DNA from: Psammoneis japonica
Taxonomy: Eukaryota
Assembly (NCBI GenBank): GCA_008632985.1
Contig: QPGO01000113.1
Span: 188,947 to 246,720, forward strand
DNA length: 57,774 nt
Direction of reading: 5' to 3'
Shown here: one piece after another, positions 1 through 12,230 of the stretch
How positions within the stretch are numbered: the stretch's first letter is position 1
Layout of the letters: every line of letters starts with the position of its first letter
Position numbers and translations under genes: made by a program
Notes under the pieces: generated by a model
What the model was told of the DNA's origin: nothing
The model's database searches: none
The model's input: only the letters and a program-made list of their open reading frames with translations

Positions 1-437
1 GCGGTAAACACAATCCACGGTTCGGTTGCAGTGTCGCAAATATTACCCGCTGAATCGGTTAACCACGTTCTGTTCAGCATTGAATCAATTATTTTGTCTT
101 GCAATAACTGCCTTGACTTGATAAAGTTTCCATGATAGGAGTAATCGAGTTGGGACCTGATTTTTGCGTGCCGACCGACAAAGTGTCTGTCTGTCGCTCT
201 GTAATTCTCGGCTGTGGAAAGTGCAAGTGAAAATGGGAAATGGCCTTCATCGGAAAAGGACTGTCCATAATAAGGTATACCCGCAATTGGCGACGAGTCG
301 TCCACCATGCGAGAAGACGCCCATGATAATGACCAATGCGTAGACTGTTTGTTGGCCACACCGATTGAGGATACAACGAGGGCCGCATACAGAAATGCGC
401 ACGAGAATCCGATCAGTGCGAGCTTGTTGGTAAACAT
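1..437 (-). CDS. Zeta-toxin-like P-loop kinase paralog, 5' part only (runs off window start), with N-terminal hydrophobic signal/anchor
   Basis: Manual translation from ATG at 437 (absent from ORF track): MFTNKLALIGFSCAFLYAALVVSSIG...FVGRHAKIRSQLDYSYHGNFIKSRQLLQDKIIDSML...ICDTATEPWIVFTA. This matches the LDYSYH...RQ.LQD.II...EPWIVFTAG block of the neighbouring gene at 1986-2333. Confidence 0.75.
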   Translation of the reverse strand, partial: MFTNKLALIGFSCAFLYAALVVSSIGVANKQSTHWSLSWASSRMVDDSSPIAGIPYYGQSFSDEGHFPFSLALSTAENYRATDRHFVGRHAKIRSQLDYSYHGNFIKSRQLLQDKIIDSMLNRTWLTDSAGNICDTATEPWIVFT

Positions 438-635
438 GCTGAAAGAATCTGAACCAATCGGTGCTGAACGCTCTCCAGTGTGTTTTCTCGTCAATTATTA
501 AACTCTAATAAGCGGTTTGTCGAATACTATGATGCGAAAACAAGAATGTTCGGACCAAGTCATGGTCGATTCTTGTTCTTGTTTCTTTCTCGGAGGGTTG
601 TGTGTNATGTGCAGGGGTTATGAGTCCCGAAAAAC

Positions 636-1094
636 AGGGTTTGGGCCGATTTCTGGTACAAAACTCACGTAGAAAATTCGCGTAGAATATCTTGTTCGTC
701 GTGCTTTTCCCGTGCTTTGCGAAAAATAGGCCACGACCTCAAGGAATCGATTTCAGTCATAACGGTTGACACTTTGCGTACTTACTTTTTGATGACAAAC
801 ACAACGATGTCCACCGTTCGGCAAAATTCCATCATTGGAAAATGTTTACCGTGGTGGTACCGTGGTGAAGTGTTGATCGAATTTCTGAAAATGGAATTTT
901 GAAGTGTTCACACACAGAATCGTGTTACTTATGTAAAAGTCATCATGTAAAGTGTCAATGGTTTCAGGGGAAAACGATTCCTTGAGGCGTCGGTGGAGCA
1001 GAGAAGCACGGTAGAAGCAGGAGAAAAAAATCGGCCCAAACCCTAATTTTTATAATTTTTTCTACGTAGAATATCTACGTGATTTTTGTACCAG
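636..1094. repeat. Non-coding element with two-part inverted repeats (MITE/Helentron-like remnant?)
   Basis: AGGGTTTGGGCCGATTT (636-652) is the reverse complement of 1028-1044. CTGGTACAAAACTCACGTAGAAAATTCGCGTAGAA (653-687) is a near reverse complement of 1060-1094. Confidence 0.5.
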
Positions 1095-1178
1095 TGCACA
1101 TGGCTTATCTGAATCAATCTTGAATCTTGACTCTCTTGAAGTGGGCAGCAGATTTAAAAGTTAGAAAGTTTATCATAA

Positions 1179-3391
1179 CTATGATACTGCTTTTCCTCCG
1201 ATTGCAATCTTCTCTTGCAACTGTTTGCTAGACTTCAAGAACTTCCGTCGAGACGGGATGAACTTGCATGTTTGATGCCAAGTCGACTCAAACGAATCCC
1301 AGTCCTGTCGTTCGGTTAAAATTTCAATGTCTGGAGCCCCGGGCGCATTATTTAACTCGATAAAGTAGTCAACTAATGGACCCAGTACCTTTACAGACTT
1401 TGGGACCTGCTCGAGGGCTTTTTCTAGTGTTTCGCGAGGAACAATGCGTCCTGTTTCCTTTGCTCTGGCCTGTTTAACAAGGGATGATTTGGAGGAGGAA
1501 CTCGTAACAAAACAAGAATCAATTTTATGCAAGACTGAACTTACCGCAGCGCGCTCGTAGACAGCGTCCTTGGGTGCTGTTACATGAATAATTGCTTGGC
1601 GGAGAACAGGAAACTGGTGGCGCAACTCTTGGAAATAGCTTTTGTACCATGCTGAATCACGTAGCGACCCGTCCACCATCACGTTTTTGCCAGCCTTCAA
1701 AGCCGCCAGTGTTAAAATCTCCGCGACAAATCCCGCTTCCTTTCTTGTCAGTTCGCCAGCTAATTCTGGGGAGTGGTCCACATATATGTGAAACTCGGGA
1801 AAGTGCCGTCGAATCTCGTCAGGATCCACAGATACAAATGCCAACAATGGGAACCGACCTTTTTCTACGAGCTTGTTAATGGTGTAGCTCTTTCCAGCCC
1901 CCATTGCTACAACACGCGACAACAGCGTCATTCAGAAGAACAAAACGTGAGCAGAATCCAAGAAACTGACGGTTTTCGAGATTGTTTAGAATTCCATACC
2001 TCCCGCAGTGAAAACAATCCAAGGCTCGGTCGGTGTATCGCAGACCTCTCCATTGACATCTTTAATCACGGCACCGTCTAAACTGTCTGTTATGATGCGA
2101 TCCTGGAGTCTTTGTCGTTCTCTCCTGTAGTTTGCATGATAGCTGTAGTCCAGAGTGGCGCGAATATCGGCGTAAGGTCCAAAGAATTTCATTTCCTCTA
2201 TTTTGTTGTTTTCTTCAGTCGATACAACGACTGAGAAAGTCCGTTGCCTTCGTCTCATTGGGGGTGCAAGCTTGCACGCAGCTTCTGACGCATCTATTTG
2301 CTCTTTGTCGGAAACTTGCTTTCCCTTGGGCATTTGCAGCCAGTTAACTTAAAGAGATCCCAGTCATTTTCATCTCCTACAAGCTCAAGCTCCTCTCCGT
2401 TGTGAATTTCGCAAAAGTAGTCTAGTGAAGGTTTCAATATCTTGATCGCATCTGGGATCTTTTCTAAGATATCATGAATAGCTTCCTCAGGTATGTGACG
2501 ACCGGTTTCTACGGATCGAGCCTAGGTAATCAACAAACGCCAAACGCATAAGTGGATGCGTTTTGCCCCCCCCTTTCAGTGCATGCACGTCACTTACGGA
2601 TGCCCGTTCAATAACTAAATCCAGCGGAGCCGTTATATGAATCATGGCGATCTTGTAGTCGGGGAATTTTCTCGAATCATTTCAAAATAGTTTGAGTACC
2701 ACTCTGCATCATGTAAATAGCAGTCAAAGATCACATTTTTCCAGCTCGAAGTGCGACGAGGGCAAGAATTTCCGCGATATACGATGCTTCCTTTGAAGTT
2801 AATCGATCTGCTTCCGCTGGGTTTTTCTCAATGTAAGTATTAAACTCAGGCAAGCGAGACCGAAGCTCGTATCGATCCACAGGTATGTAAGAGAGAAGAG
2901 GCATACGACCATTGCGGACGAGGGTATGGATTGTGTGTCCTTTTCCGACGCCCATTGCTTTGTTGGAGAAACGAGCACAAAGGTTGGACACGCATCACTG
3001 TGCTGTTGGCAAGCTTCAAGTTGCAAAACTTACCTCCGACGGTGAAGATAATCCATGGATCATTCGGAGTCGTAGAGTTTGCCTCGATGTTTGATCCCAT
3101 TATTGTATCAATTATCGAGTCTTGGAGCCATTGCCGATCCTTTTTGTAGTGGTGATGGTAACTGTAGTCCAGAGTCTTTCGAATTTCGGCGTATGATCCG
3201 TAAAACCCGTGATCTGCAACTGCTTCATTTATCTCCTCTGTTGAAAGTGCAATAGAGAACCGGGAAGGAGCTTGTCGCTTTCCTCGAAGTCTAGGAGAAC
3301 CGATAACACCGGTATCATTCGAGGTTGCAGTGCTGTCTATCTGCTTTTCCTTTTCTGCATTCGTCCCATTTTCTTTCACACTTGCAGTCAT
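1179..3391 (-). CDS. Multi-exon zeta-toxin-like P-loop kinase, probably two tandem domains in one gene
   Basis: Domain 1: LDYSYH...PWIIFTVG / AMGVGKGHT...IHITAP...ETGRHIP. Domain 2: LDYSYH...PWIVFTAG / AMGAGKS...VDPDEIR...DGSLRD...IHVTAP...ETGRIVP. GT-AG introns near 3033-2959, 2597-2522, 1999-1908 and 1544-1471. Single-base shifts near 2735, 2680 and 2345 are needed to join the frames. Confidence 0.75.
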
Positions 3392-3726
3392 GTCGCCAAA
3401 TTCGAACTGCGAGGAGGCCTACTGTAAAGTTATTGAGAGGCAACTTGGTGCCGTTGTAGCAGGGTCGGAAGTCACTATCGCAACTATGAGAATAGATCAA
3501 ACGAGAAGACTTGATGGCAGTAGGAGCACAACAAACAAGCTGCCATACGAGGAAATTGACGCGGATGATTTGTCGTCTTGTCGACGACGACGACTCACTC
3601 GTGTCGTCATTCGCACTATTTGCAGTGAATGCGGCGCATGAGAGTTGCCGCCAACACGAGCCAGCCCGACTCAAAAATTCCAAAAAATCGCTTGTGGTAA
3701 CCCGGAAAAAGAGATCCAGAAGCACG

Positions 3727-4430
3727 NNNNNNNNNNNNNNNNNNNNNNNNNNNNNNNNNNNNNNNNNNNNNNNNNNNNNNNNNNNNNNNNNNNNNNNNNN
3801 NNNNNNNNNNNNNNNNNNNNNNNNNNNNNNNNNNNNNNNNNNNNNNNNNNNNNNNNNNNNNNNNNNNNNNNNNNNNNNNNNNNNNNNNNNNNNNNNNNNN
3901 NNNNNNNNNNNNNNNNNNNNNNNNNNNNNNNNNNNNNNNNNNNNNNNNNNNNNNNNNNNNNNNNNNNNNNNNNNNNNNNNNNNNNNNNNNNNNNNNNNNN
4001 NNNNNNNNNNNNNNNNNNNNNNNNNNNNNNNNNNNNNNNNNNNNNNNNNNNNNNNNNNNNNNNNNNNNNNNNNNNNNNNNNNNNNNNNNNNNNNNNNNNN
4101 NNNNNNNNNNNNNNNNNNNNNNNNNNNNNNNNNNNNNNNNNNNNNNNNNNNNNNNNNNNNNNNNNNNNNNNNNNNNNNNNNNNNNNNNNNNNNNNNNNNN
4201 NNNNNNNNNNNNNNNNNNNNNNNNNNNNNNNNNNNNNNNNNNNNNNNNNNNNNNNNNNNNNNNNNNNNNNNNNNNNNNNNNNNNNNNNNNNNNNNNNNNN
4301 NNNNNNNNNNNNNNNNNNNNNNNNNNNNNNNNNNNNNNNNNNNNNNNNNNNNNNNNNNNNNNNNNNNNNNNNNNNNNNNNNNNNNNNNNNNNNNNNNNNN
4401 NNNNNNNNNNNNNNNNNNNNNNNNNNNNNN
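3727..4430. other. Assembly gap (N run)
   Basis: Continuous run of n characters. Confidence 1.
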
Positions 4431-4486
4431 NAAAATGTGAGGTCAATCTATCCGATGTCCTATCGAGCGAAAGGTGAGAGTGATAA

Positions 4487-6046
4487 ATGCTTTTCGATCT
4501 GAGGAGGGGACAAAACTGTGGAGTCATTGCATCTCTTGTTGTCGTGTTGGCTCTGGAATGTGCGCTTGCACTGGTCACTAGATCTGCGACAACTCCGCTG
4601 TTTCTGACGCCACTTTATCAACGGCGAAATGATGCAAAGTTCCGACTAGCAGCCATCCCATTGGACTCGTCTGAAAAGGCCTATCCGGAGCAGACTCCTC
4701 ATTCGGGGCGCCATTTTCTTCCGTCACACCCGGCCTACCGTGTACCAATGTGGCGAAGTTGGATTTCACGTCAGAAACGACGAAAGAGGTTCATGGAAGG
4801 ATGGTACTATCGGCTCACTCTGACTGAATACAATGTCAGCTTTGCCTTTATTGTTTCTATCGAAGATCCAGGACACAATCCACCGTCTGATTTGGCATTG
4901 GCATGCTTGCAGATTGTTGGGCCTGGCGATGGGTATTTGGTACTAGGCGATCGGGATGATTCAAAGTTTTGGGCGTGGGAAAAGCAACAAGGTCTGGGAT
5001 GTACATTCGAGTACAATAAAAATGTGGACCTGGAAGAAATGAGGCTAAGAACTGCAATGATCCCGGCCGAGTGGCGTGAAAATGTGAAATCGGGGTTTCA
5101 AGTTCTGCCCAATACACTTCAGGGACGACTACACGGACACGATGGCTCGTTAGGTGGAGTGCTTGACCAGCAGGGCCTTCCTGGCTACTGCGATTTCGAT
5201 ATGACAATAGAGCCCCTTTCTGGATGGGGAGATAGTGAGGAAATTAACCAGCAAAGCACAGCTGGGTGGCTTGCATCATTTGCAGTTTTCGAGCCTCACT
5301 GGCAGGTAACAATGGCAGATGGACGAGCAACGGGAAGTGTGACTTGGGAGAATAAGACTTATGACTTTGTCGACGAACCTTTCTATGCTGAAAAGAACTG
5401 GGGTGCAGCTTTACCCACAAAATGGTATTGGACCCAGTGTAACTCGTTTGAAGGCTACAAGGAAACTGGAAAACAACTATCAATTACAGCAGGAGGAGGC
5501 GTTAGAAAGATCCCATTCGGACAGACTGAATCCTTGGGAATGGTCAGTGTGCATTACAATGGAACATTCTACGAAGCTGTGCCGTGGACCGGTACAATGG
5601 AATGGGAAGTGAAAACTTGGGGTCAATGGATACTCCGAGGAAAGTGCACTAATCGAAAGCGACCATTTGAAGTGGAGTACGTTTGCCGATGTGATCCTGA
5701 GGTAGATCCTGGTGTTGTCATCAGAGCCCCCACCGCCGACGAGGGGATGGTGTACTTTGCTCGCGATTCGTTCGATGCCAGTGTAACTCTCACATTGTGG
5801 GAGCTAGAGTGGGACAAAACGACGAAAGACTATACTCGACGTGAAGGCCCTCCAATCATCAACAAAGCAACAAGTTCATTGGGCGCGGTCGAAATAGGCG
5901 GCGGCCCCTGGTGGGACACTTGGAAAGGAACCTCCAAAATGAAGCAACCAATGAAAGCAATGGTGCAGTTTCCGTATAAGTTGGGTGGTCTCAAAAAAAG
6001 ACTGGGCTCCCTCCGGCGACGGGCTGTGGGTAGGTTCCAGTCATAA
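4487..6046 (+). CDS. VTE1: Tocopherol cyclase
   Basis: Intact 519-aa ORF with motifs RFMEGWYYRLTL, FAFIVSIEDP, FEPHWQVTMADGRATG, YAEKNWG, KWYWTQCNSF, AVEIGGGPW and a hydrophobic N-terminal presequence. Confidence 0.92.
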   Translation: MLFDLRRGQNCGVIASLVVVLALECALALVTRSATTPLFLTPLYQRRNDAKFRLAAIPLDSSEKAYPEQTPHSGRHFLPSHPAYRVPMWRSWISRQKRRKRFMEGWYYRLTLTEYNVSFAFIVSIEDPGHNPPSDLALACLQIVGPGDGYLVLGDRDDSKFWAWEKQQGLGCTFEYNKNVDLEEMRLRTAMIPAEWRENVKSGFQVLPNTLQGRLHGHDGSLGGVLDQQGLPGYCDFDMTIEPLSGWGDSEEINQQSTAGWLASFAVFEPHWQVTMADGRATGSVTWENKTYDFVDEPFYAEKNWGAALPTKWYWTQCNSFEGYKETGKQLSITAGGGVRKIPFGQTESLGMVSVHYNGTFYEAVPWTGTMEWEVKTWGQWILRGKCTNRKRPFEVEYVCRCDPEVDPGVVIRAPTADEGMVYFARDSFDASVTLTLWELEWDKTTKDYTRREGPPIINKATSSLGAVEIGGGPWWDTWKGTSKMKQPMKAMVQFPYKLGGLKKRLGSLRRRAVGRFQS

Positions 6047-6227
6047 GACGGAGAGGTGGCGCTTCGCCTGTGGTCTTCGCAACGCTAATAGCTAATAAAC
6101 TGTAAAGCACTATGAGAAGACATATGACTCTACGATTCATGATTATTACTAGGCTAAGTCTTAGAACATAAAGAGTTGCCACACAACGAATGACACGCAA
6201 TTCCCTGATGAGATTTCGTACTCAAGA

Positions 6228-8575
6228 TCAATCGCACTTGATCCTTCCGTAAATGTATTTGACAAAAACCAAACTGAACTGGAATCCAGCACTTCCAAGC
6301 ATAAGGAAGAAGGCGAAAGATACTATCGCCATGTAGCCAAAGTAGAACGAGCTCTGCAGGAAACCACTCATTCCACTTCTGTGGAAGTAATAATAGAACG
6401 AATAGACGTAAATGAAGAGACCAGTCATTCCTCCATTAACGTACGTGGCCCACCACCAGCGATGGTCTTCTCTTGCCAGCTGAAAGTATAGCAATGCAAC
6501 CGTGATGAAGGACGTGACAATTACAAGAAGAACAAAAGCAAGAAGAAGGATTCCAAAGAGCGTGTAGATCTGATGGCCCCACATTGATGCGAAGATGTAA
6601 TGCAGCTCAATATAGATTGCCGAGAAAGGAAGGAATCCAGCAATTATGACCTGAAAAGTCCGGCCACGGTACCACGGGATTTCCGTCGGGATCTCTCTAG
6701 CAACCTTTGTTGTGCGGGTCGGCGCGTTGAAATCAGGACTGGCGTAGTTCTTTGCCAGAATGCCACCCAAGACTGTCAGAGGGAAGGAAATAAAGGTGTA
6801 CAGAGCTGTCACCGTAAGGATCGCTGTGAATGGCAGGGCACTAGTTGAGCCATGCATAAGCGCCACAGAGTTGACCCACATAAAGACGCAAACGACCGGG
6901 AGAGGGAAGAACGCCGCAGTCGTAACAACGCATCGCACCCACTGCTTGCCATTCATCTGACGGTACAGTCTCACCGCCACGTATCCACCGACCACCGAAA
7001 ACAAACAGTATAGAATGATGGCCCCTGCCATGATCGAGCCACGTTTCGTTGTAGATATCAATCCCGTCAATGCCAAACAAAGGTGGAAGAAAGTCACCAC
7101 AATGAGTTGTTGCCCGGTTCCGACCGCCGCACAAAAGAGGGCCGAGTTTTGAGGGAAGCGAAAAACATCTCCGTGAATAAGCTTCCATCCCGACTGAAAG
7201 AGTCATGTAGATTGAAAGTAATGAAACGACGTGAGTGACTGTGGCAGAAAAGTAACAGGCAACACAACGAGAAACCCACCTCTTCCTCTTCCATGGCTTC
7301 GTCATCGAGCTCCATGTACCTTGAGAAATCGTTCTTGAGCACCCTCAATAGAATTACCGTCAGGAACGCCGTAAGGAGAAGCACCAAGACAAAAGAGTTG
7401 ATGATGGACAACCAGTGAATCTCAAAGGACGAGGGCAAAAAGCGCGAGTCAGCGTATCGGACCATGCGGTCCTTCCATTCAAGTTCAGGCTCCTCATACC
7501 ACTGAACCGAATAGGAGAACTGAACCGGAATGGGCTTCTCCACGTTCGTAATGTCGACTTTGCGCTCCATCTGTCGATATTCGTACAACAAAAGTTAGGT
7601 TGGGTAATAAAACGAGAGAACAGCGAGCTTCTGAATTTTCTGTACTCACGTCAGTCGTAACCCTGGCGGCTACAATCTTGTTCTTGTTTGTTCCAAGGTA
7701 AAAGTGGAGGTGAGGGAAAAGATACGTCTGGCTTCCGTCAACCTCACCCATGATGATGTCTTCGTTGTAAGTGTCGCCAATGTAGCCCCACATCGGAAGG
7801 TCTTCCACAAACATCTCAAAGAAGTAGTTGTTATGAATTGCCTCCTTGAAGGCTACGAGTTCTTTCTTTCCCAACGTGGTCTTACACAAGAGTCTCCAGT
7901 CGACAGAGTCTAGGAAAGAGATTTCATAAGGTGAGGTCTCACGACGATCTCCCATTATGGATTCTCCGAGACGCTGCTTGTGACGGAGAGCACCCGCACG
8001 TTTTTCTTCCCTGCGGTGAGAGCTATCTAACTCTAGGTTCTCTTCTTCAGCCGCCTCCAATTCCTCTTCTGATGTGGCGTGCGCTTTGCAAAACGGAAGA
8101 GAATAATAACGATACGTCTCGGTCGGATTATTGAAGGGTCTAGAACGCAAAAAAGAAAACATACCGTGAGTGTGTCTTCAGAACTTTGGGGCAGACACTA
8201 CTAGATTTGTCATAACGATATGAGTCTTCTCATCAACAAAACATGTTCCAACTGATTCAACACCGGCCAAGCGAAATAAAAGACTCGCTCTCGAATTACA
8301 TCGACGACCTCTGAACCAAAACTGCCAATCAAACCTCCCTCTCCATGACTGAGATGTATTTTTATTCAACGCGATCCTGCACCACCGTAGAACTTGTACC
8401 AAGTCTACGACAAAGCGACTCACCCAACCTTATTCACGACAATGTGAACGGCGTCATGTTCCTGGTACGTCTTTCCTGCCTTTACACGCTTCACCTTCTT
8501 TCCAAAGGCATCGGCGCCTTGATGACACGTTGCTAAAAGCAGAACCGAAGCAAGTACATTTCGAAGGCCCACCAT
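6228..8575 (-). CDS. Transmembrane 9 superfamily (EMP70/nonaspanin) protein, multi-exon
   Basis: Signal peptide MVGLRNVLASVLLLATC; NKVG/PFNNPTETYRYYSLPFC; FFEMFVEDLPMWG; FEIHWLSIINSFVLVLLL; GFLPFSAIYIELHYIF; EDHRWWW; C-terminus IYGRIKCD. Introns near 8423-8141, 7649-7577 and 7258-7194. Confidence 0.93.
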
Positions 8576-8799
8576 CGTCGAGGGTTTTTTTTTTGGCAAT
8601 GATTGTTGCTCCGCGGTGTGGTCGACGGTCATCGCACTTGCCCAATGCCTTCGTCCGTTGAAAGCTACGGGACAATGGTACAAAGTTGAACTTACCAAAC
8701 GACAAGTAGGTTTCTACTTACAGGGAAACCTGGTACTAACTATTACCGCATGACAGACATCAGCTCGCGCGCTCTCGATCGCGCATATACGGTACGCGG

Positions 8800-8830
8800 A
8801 AGCGAGAGAGAGAGCGAGAGCGAGCGAGAA
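8800..8830 (+). repeat. Short GA-rich imperfect microsatellite upstream of the TM9SF gene
   Basis: agcgagagagagagcgagagcgagcgagaa. Confidence 0.5.
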
Positions 8831-9161
8831 GGTCTGCGCTGTCAAACCGTCGCTCCTTTCGTCGACTTTCAGTTTGGAGTTTTGGGCCGTTGTTACCGGT
8901 ACAAGTTGTTAGACTTCTTACTTTTTGGTATTAGTCTTTCCATGGCAAGTCGTACCTGCATTCTGTTCGTTGAACAATCAAGATGAAAAATTTACTAGGC
9001 GCGTTGCGTCGCAAGCTGCTATCTTAAATCTAGATTCACATGTAAAACTTTCCTCCCAAAGCTGAGCATTATGTTCGTATGAGTTGCTCGCATGATGCTT
9101 AGGATCGACGTCATCATCTATTCCCTCAGAAAAAGCTACAAACGTGTACATGCAAAGACAC

Positions 9162-10826
9162 TTAGCTACCTCCAATCTTCATCTTTCCAGATGCATCAAA
9201 TCCCGGTAGAATTTCATCATCGATATCCTTTGTCGCCCAAGGAGCTTTTTCTCCCATCCTCTCTGCTTCAATCTCCATGGTTTCCAAATCAAAGATGGAC
9301 GTAGTCTGCTCCTTCCATGCACGGTCCTGCTGTTCCTTGAGCGTCATGCCCTTTCCATAGATCCTAGTGGCAACTACCTCGGCTTCGCTAGCAATCGTCT
9401 TGATTCGTGTGGCCAAATCACCGCGATCGTCGTCCGTTTCGAGGTTTCCAAAGTTGAGCAACACAGCTTTGCAAGCATTGATAAAATCAGGTGGAGGGAC
9501 ATCCGGCATGGGCTTTTGTTCCTCGGGAAGTTCTCCGTCGACAGCCTTTTGAGCATTTTCAGTAGTTCCTGCAACCTACAAAAATCGTATACATTGATAA
9601 TAATCGTGAGATCCCGGCTGAAGTGTTTTAGCATCACACGCTTACGCCCGGCAACTTACGAGCAAATTTTCTTTCGGAGTAAATGCATCTTCCAATATCT
9701 CTTCTCGTTCCGCTGAATCGCCTGCCCGGAGAAGTTTGCGGATTAGCTTCACCTCCTTGCTTGAGGCCTGCTTGTCCTTTTCATCATTCGCACGCTTAAT
9801 CAATCTCTCCATTAGCTTAGCGGGACCCACGGCACCCGCATCTCTAGCCTGGGTGACGTTTGCTTCAAGCAAGAGGAGGAACGGCTCAGTAATCTTGCCC
9901 TCGCGGCCCATCTTTACAAGAGCACCCTCCATACGCATAGGATCTCCCATAGCAAGCACCGCCTTGAGATCTTCTGTAGCTTGCGCAATGCGCTTTTGCT
10001 GCTCCATAGCAAGCGCTTCCAGAATCTTTTTAGAATCTTCGTCACCGTTTGATGAGCGCTCAGTTAGCACCTTGACGAACTGGGCGTCAAACTGATCGTA
10101 ATAATTGTAGACAATCGTGGCCGGCGTTTCACCAGCTTTGTACGGCGGAAGAACCTTCTTAACAAGGCCTTCATAACTCATGCGAATCTCAGGGGTGAGT
10201 TCTTGATCATAAAAGCTAACTTTCTCCTTTTTCTTCTGGCTCTCAACGCCTTCTTTCAAATCTGCGGTATTGATTGCCTCAGCCTTTCGTAGCACATCGG
10301 CAGCAGACATGTCGCGACCCGCATCTGCCTGGGCTTCTGCCTCGGCAATACGCGCCTTTTCCGCTTCCTCGGCTTCTTTAGCGGCACGTTCTTCCGCAAG
10401 CTGGGACACTTCTAGCTGCTTTTTCACGTCAAGAATCATTTCGTGAAGGTCCTTCAGAGCCAGTCGCTCCTGCGGATCTGTGGAATTTTCTGCCTTTTGC
10501 ACCAGCCAGTCCAACCATTCCTGATCACCACAACGATCCAAGTTGTTGATCACATCCATCCGAGGATCGTTTGTAGAAAACACAAGCTCTCCGAGAAATT
10601 GATCATAAGCGGCATCCAATTCGCGAGAAATACCACCCTTCTTCTCGGGGGTCTTTGCGTCGGCAGCGACCGACTTGAGAATGTCGTATGCATCACTGTT
10701 CACCTCATCCATGATACCAAACAACGGCGCACATTTTGATGACTTGCGTACAAATGAGGGTGACGAGGAAAAGGCGGTGGCAGCCGGAGCCGCCGTCAAA
10801 ATAGAGAGAGCCAACGTGAGCTTCAT
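9162..10826 (-). CDS. Plastid-targeted helical protein (resembles the plant At4g37920 family), 2 exons
   Basis: Bipartite presequence MKLTLALSILTAAPAATA-FSSSPSF; motif SKEVKLIRKLLRAGDSAEREEILEDAFTP; intron about 9658-9569 joins the two ORFs. Family call is from remembered similarity only. Confidence 0.65.
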
Positions 10827-11384
10827 GGCAGAAGAACAAAAAGAAAAAAGAAGTGAGAGCTGATGGCTGTCGGAACAACAACGCCTGCACAAGCCTTCAG
10901 CGAGGACGTCAGTGTCCGCGCGCAACAACGCGCCCCTATGTAAGCACCATTGATTGGCCACGACGTCATCAACATTACTTATTGCCCGTCACATCCCGGT
11001 CTGTCTGCCCTCTTGCGCTCGCGTGCGTGATTGCACCATCTCACACATCACAGCGAGCATCAGGCATCAGCAACGACGATGATGTGGCATATACATATGT
11101 TACAATCTTTCGCATGAGACGGCGGCGATGACAATCGCACATTGAAGGATTCTGAGGTGAACTCGACAAGCAGTAACACTTTCGAGCATGATTTTCTCTA
11201 CAAAGTTCTTGTTTTTACAACAGTCTTGGCATCGAGGTCGTGGCATGTGAATTCATTTGTCAGGGGCATCACCGTACTATGTGTTTTGCTGTCACTCAAA
11301 TGATTGGGGAAGTCGAGAACCACTGACGTTGTATGCGGAAGAAAATGAATCTGCCGATAATCTTAGGATGAAGCTGAGCGACTC

Positions 11385-12164
11385 ATGCAGCGGGCTAAAG
11401 AACTTCGAGAAACTATTCCAGAAAACAAGATGACAAGTACGGAGAAAACTTCAACAAAGACAGACGCCCCTGTCTCGAAATGGGGAGTGGAGCACACCGA
11501 AATTCCGGGAGTTGAATATCGACTTTACGTTGACATCGGAAGAGAGGAAGGAACATGGATGGATCCTCGTTGGGGCGCAAGTGGAGCGAGGATTGAATTC
11601 TCCTTAGATGTGCGTTTGCTACTAGAAGGCGGAGAAGGAGCATTGGCAGACAAAGAAGTTCAAGAAAAGATGGTTAAAGATAACTTCAGTGGGAGGAGCT
11701 CACCTGTAATGGTCCTACAATCCGCCTCGAAAGCACGCCTTCGGGGCGGTTTTGACAGCATGCCGTGTCATGGCGGTGGTTATCGTATAGACGCCGCAAA
11801 AAATGGATCCACCGTTCGGTTCTTTATCAGTGTCGATGGAACACCTGAAACGGGTTCCTCGTTTGGGTAAGCCAATCACATATTCTTCAGCCTCTCAAGC
11901 AAAACCATAAGACCTCTTCTCTTGGACGTTCGCGAACTCACTTTGCTAGGTCGCGTCTCACACAGGGATGTCTCAATTCCGAAAGGCTGCCTGTACTTCT
12001 CGCTGCCGTGTTTCGGAAACGTTGCCAACTTATCAACCAAAGAAGGAATTGTCTCTGTTCGACAAATTGGATGGCATACAGGCTGGCGGAGGGAAGAAAG
12101 TAGAATCGCAGGGGTGTTTCGAGCTGTTCCGATTGAAACTGCACGAAAACGCGATGGCTTCTGA
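11385..12164 (+). CDS. Conserved algal hypothetical protein, 2 exons; true start probably upstream near 11188 across a frameshift
   Basis: ORF with DIGREEGTWMDPRWGASGARI...; GT-AG intron about 11867-11965; exon 2 DVSIPKGCLYFSLPCF...GWRREESRIAGVFRAVP. Confidence 0.6.
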
Positions 12165-12230
12165 GGAGTAGATCTTGCAGCAATAAGAGTCCAATCCAGC
12201 GGACGCCTACACACTAAAGTTGATACAAAC

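Noticed and set aside
1179..3391. Bacterial epsilon-zeta toxin-antitoxin module or contamination
   Set aside because: The genes have spliceosomal introns and eukaryotic neighbours, and no antitoxin ORF is evident.
3511..4578. Long ORFs spanning 3.5-4.6 kb
   Set aside because: Artefacts of translating through the N gap.
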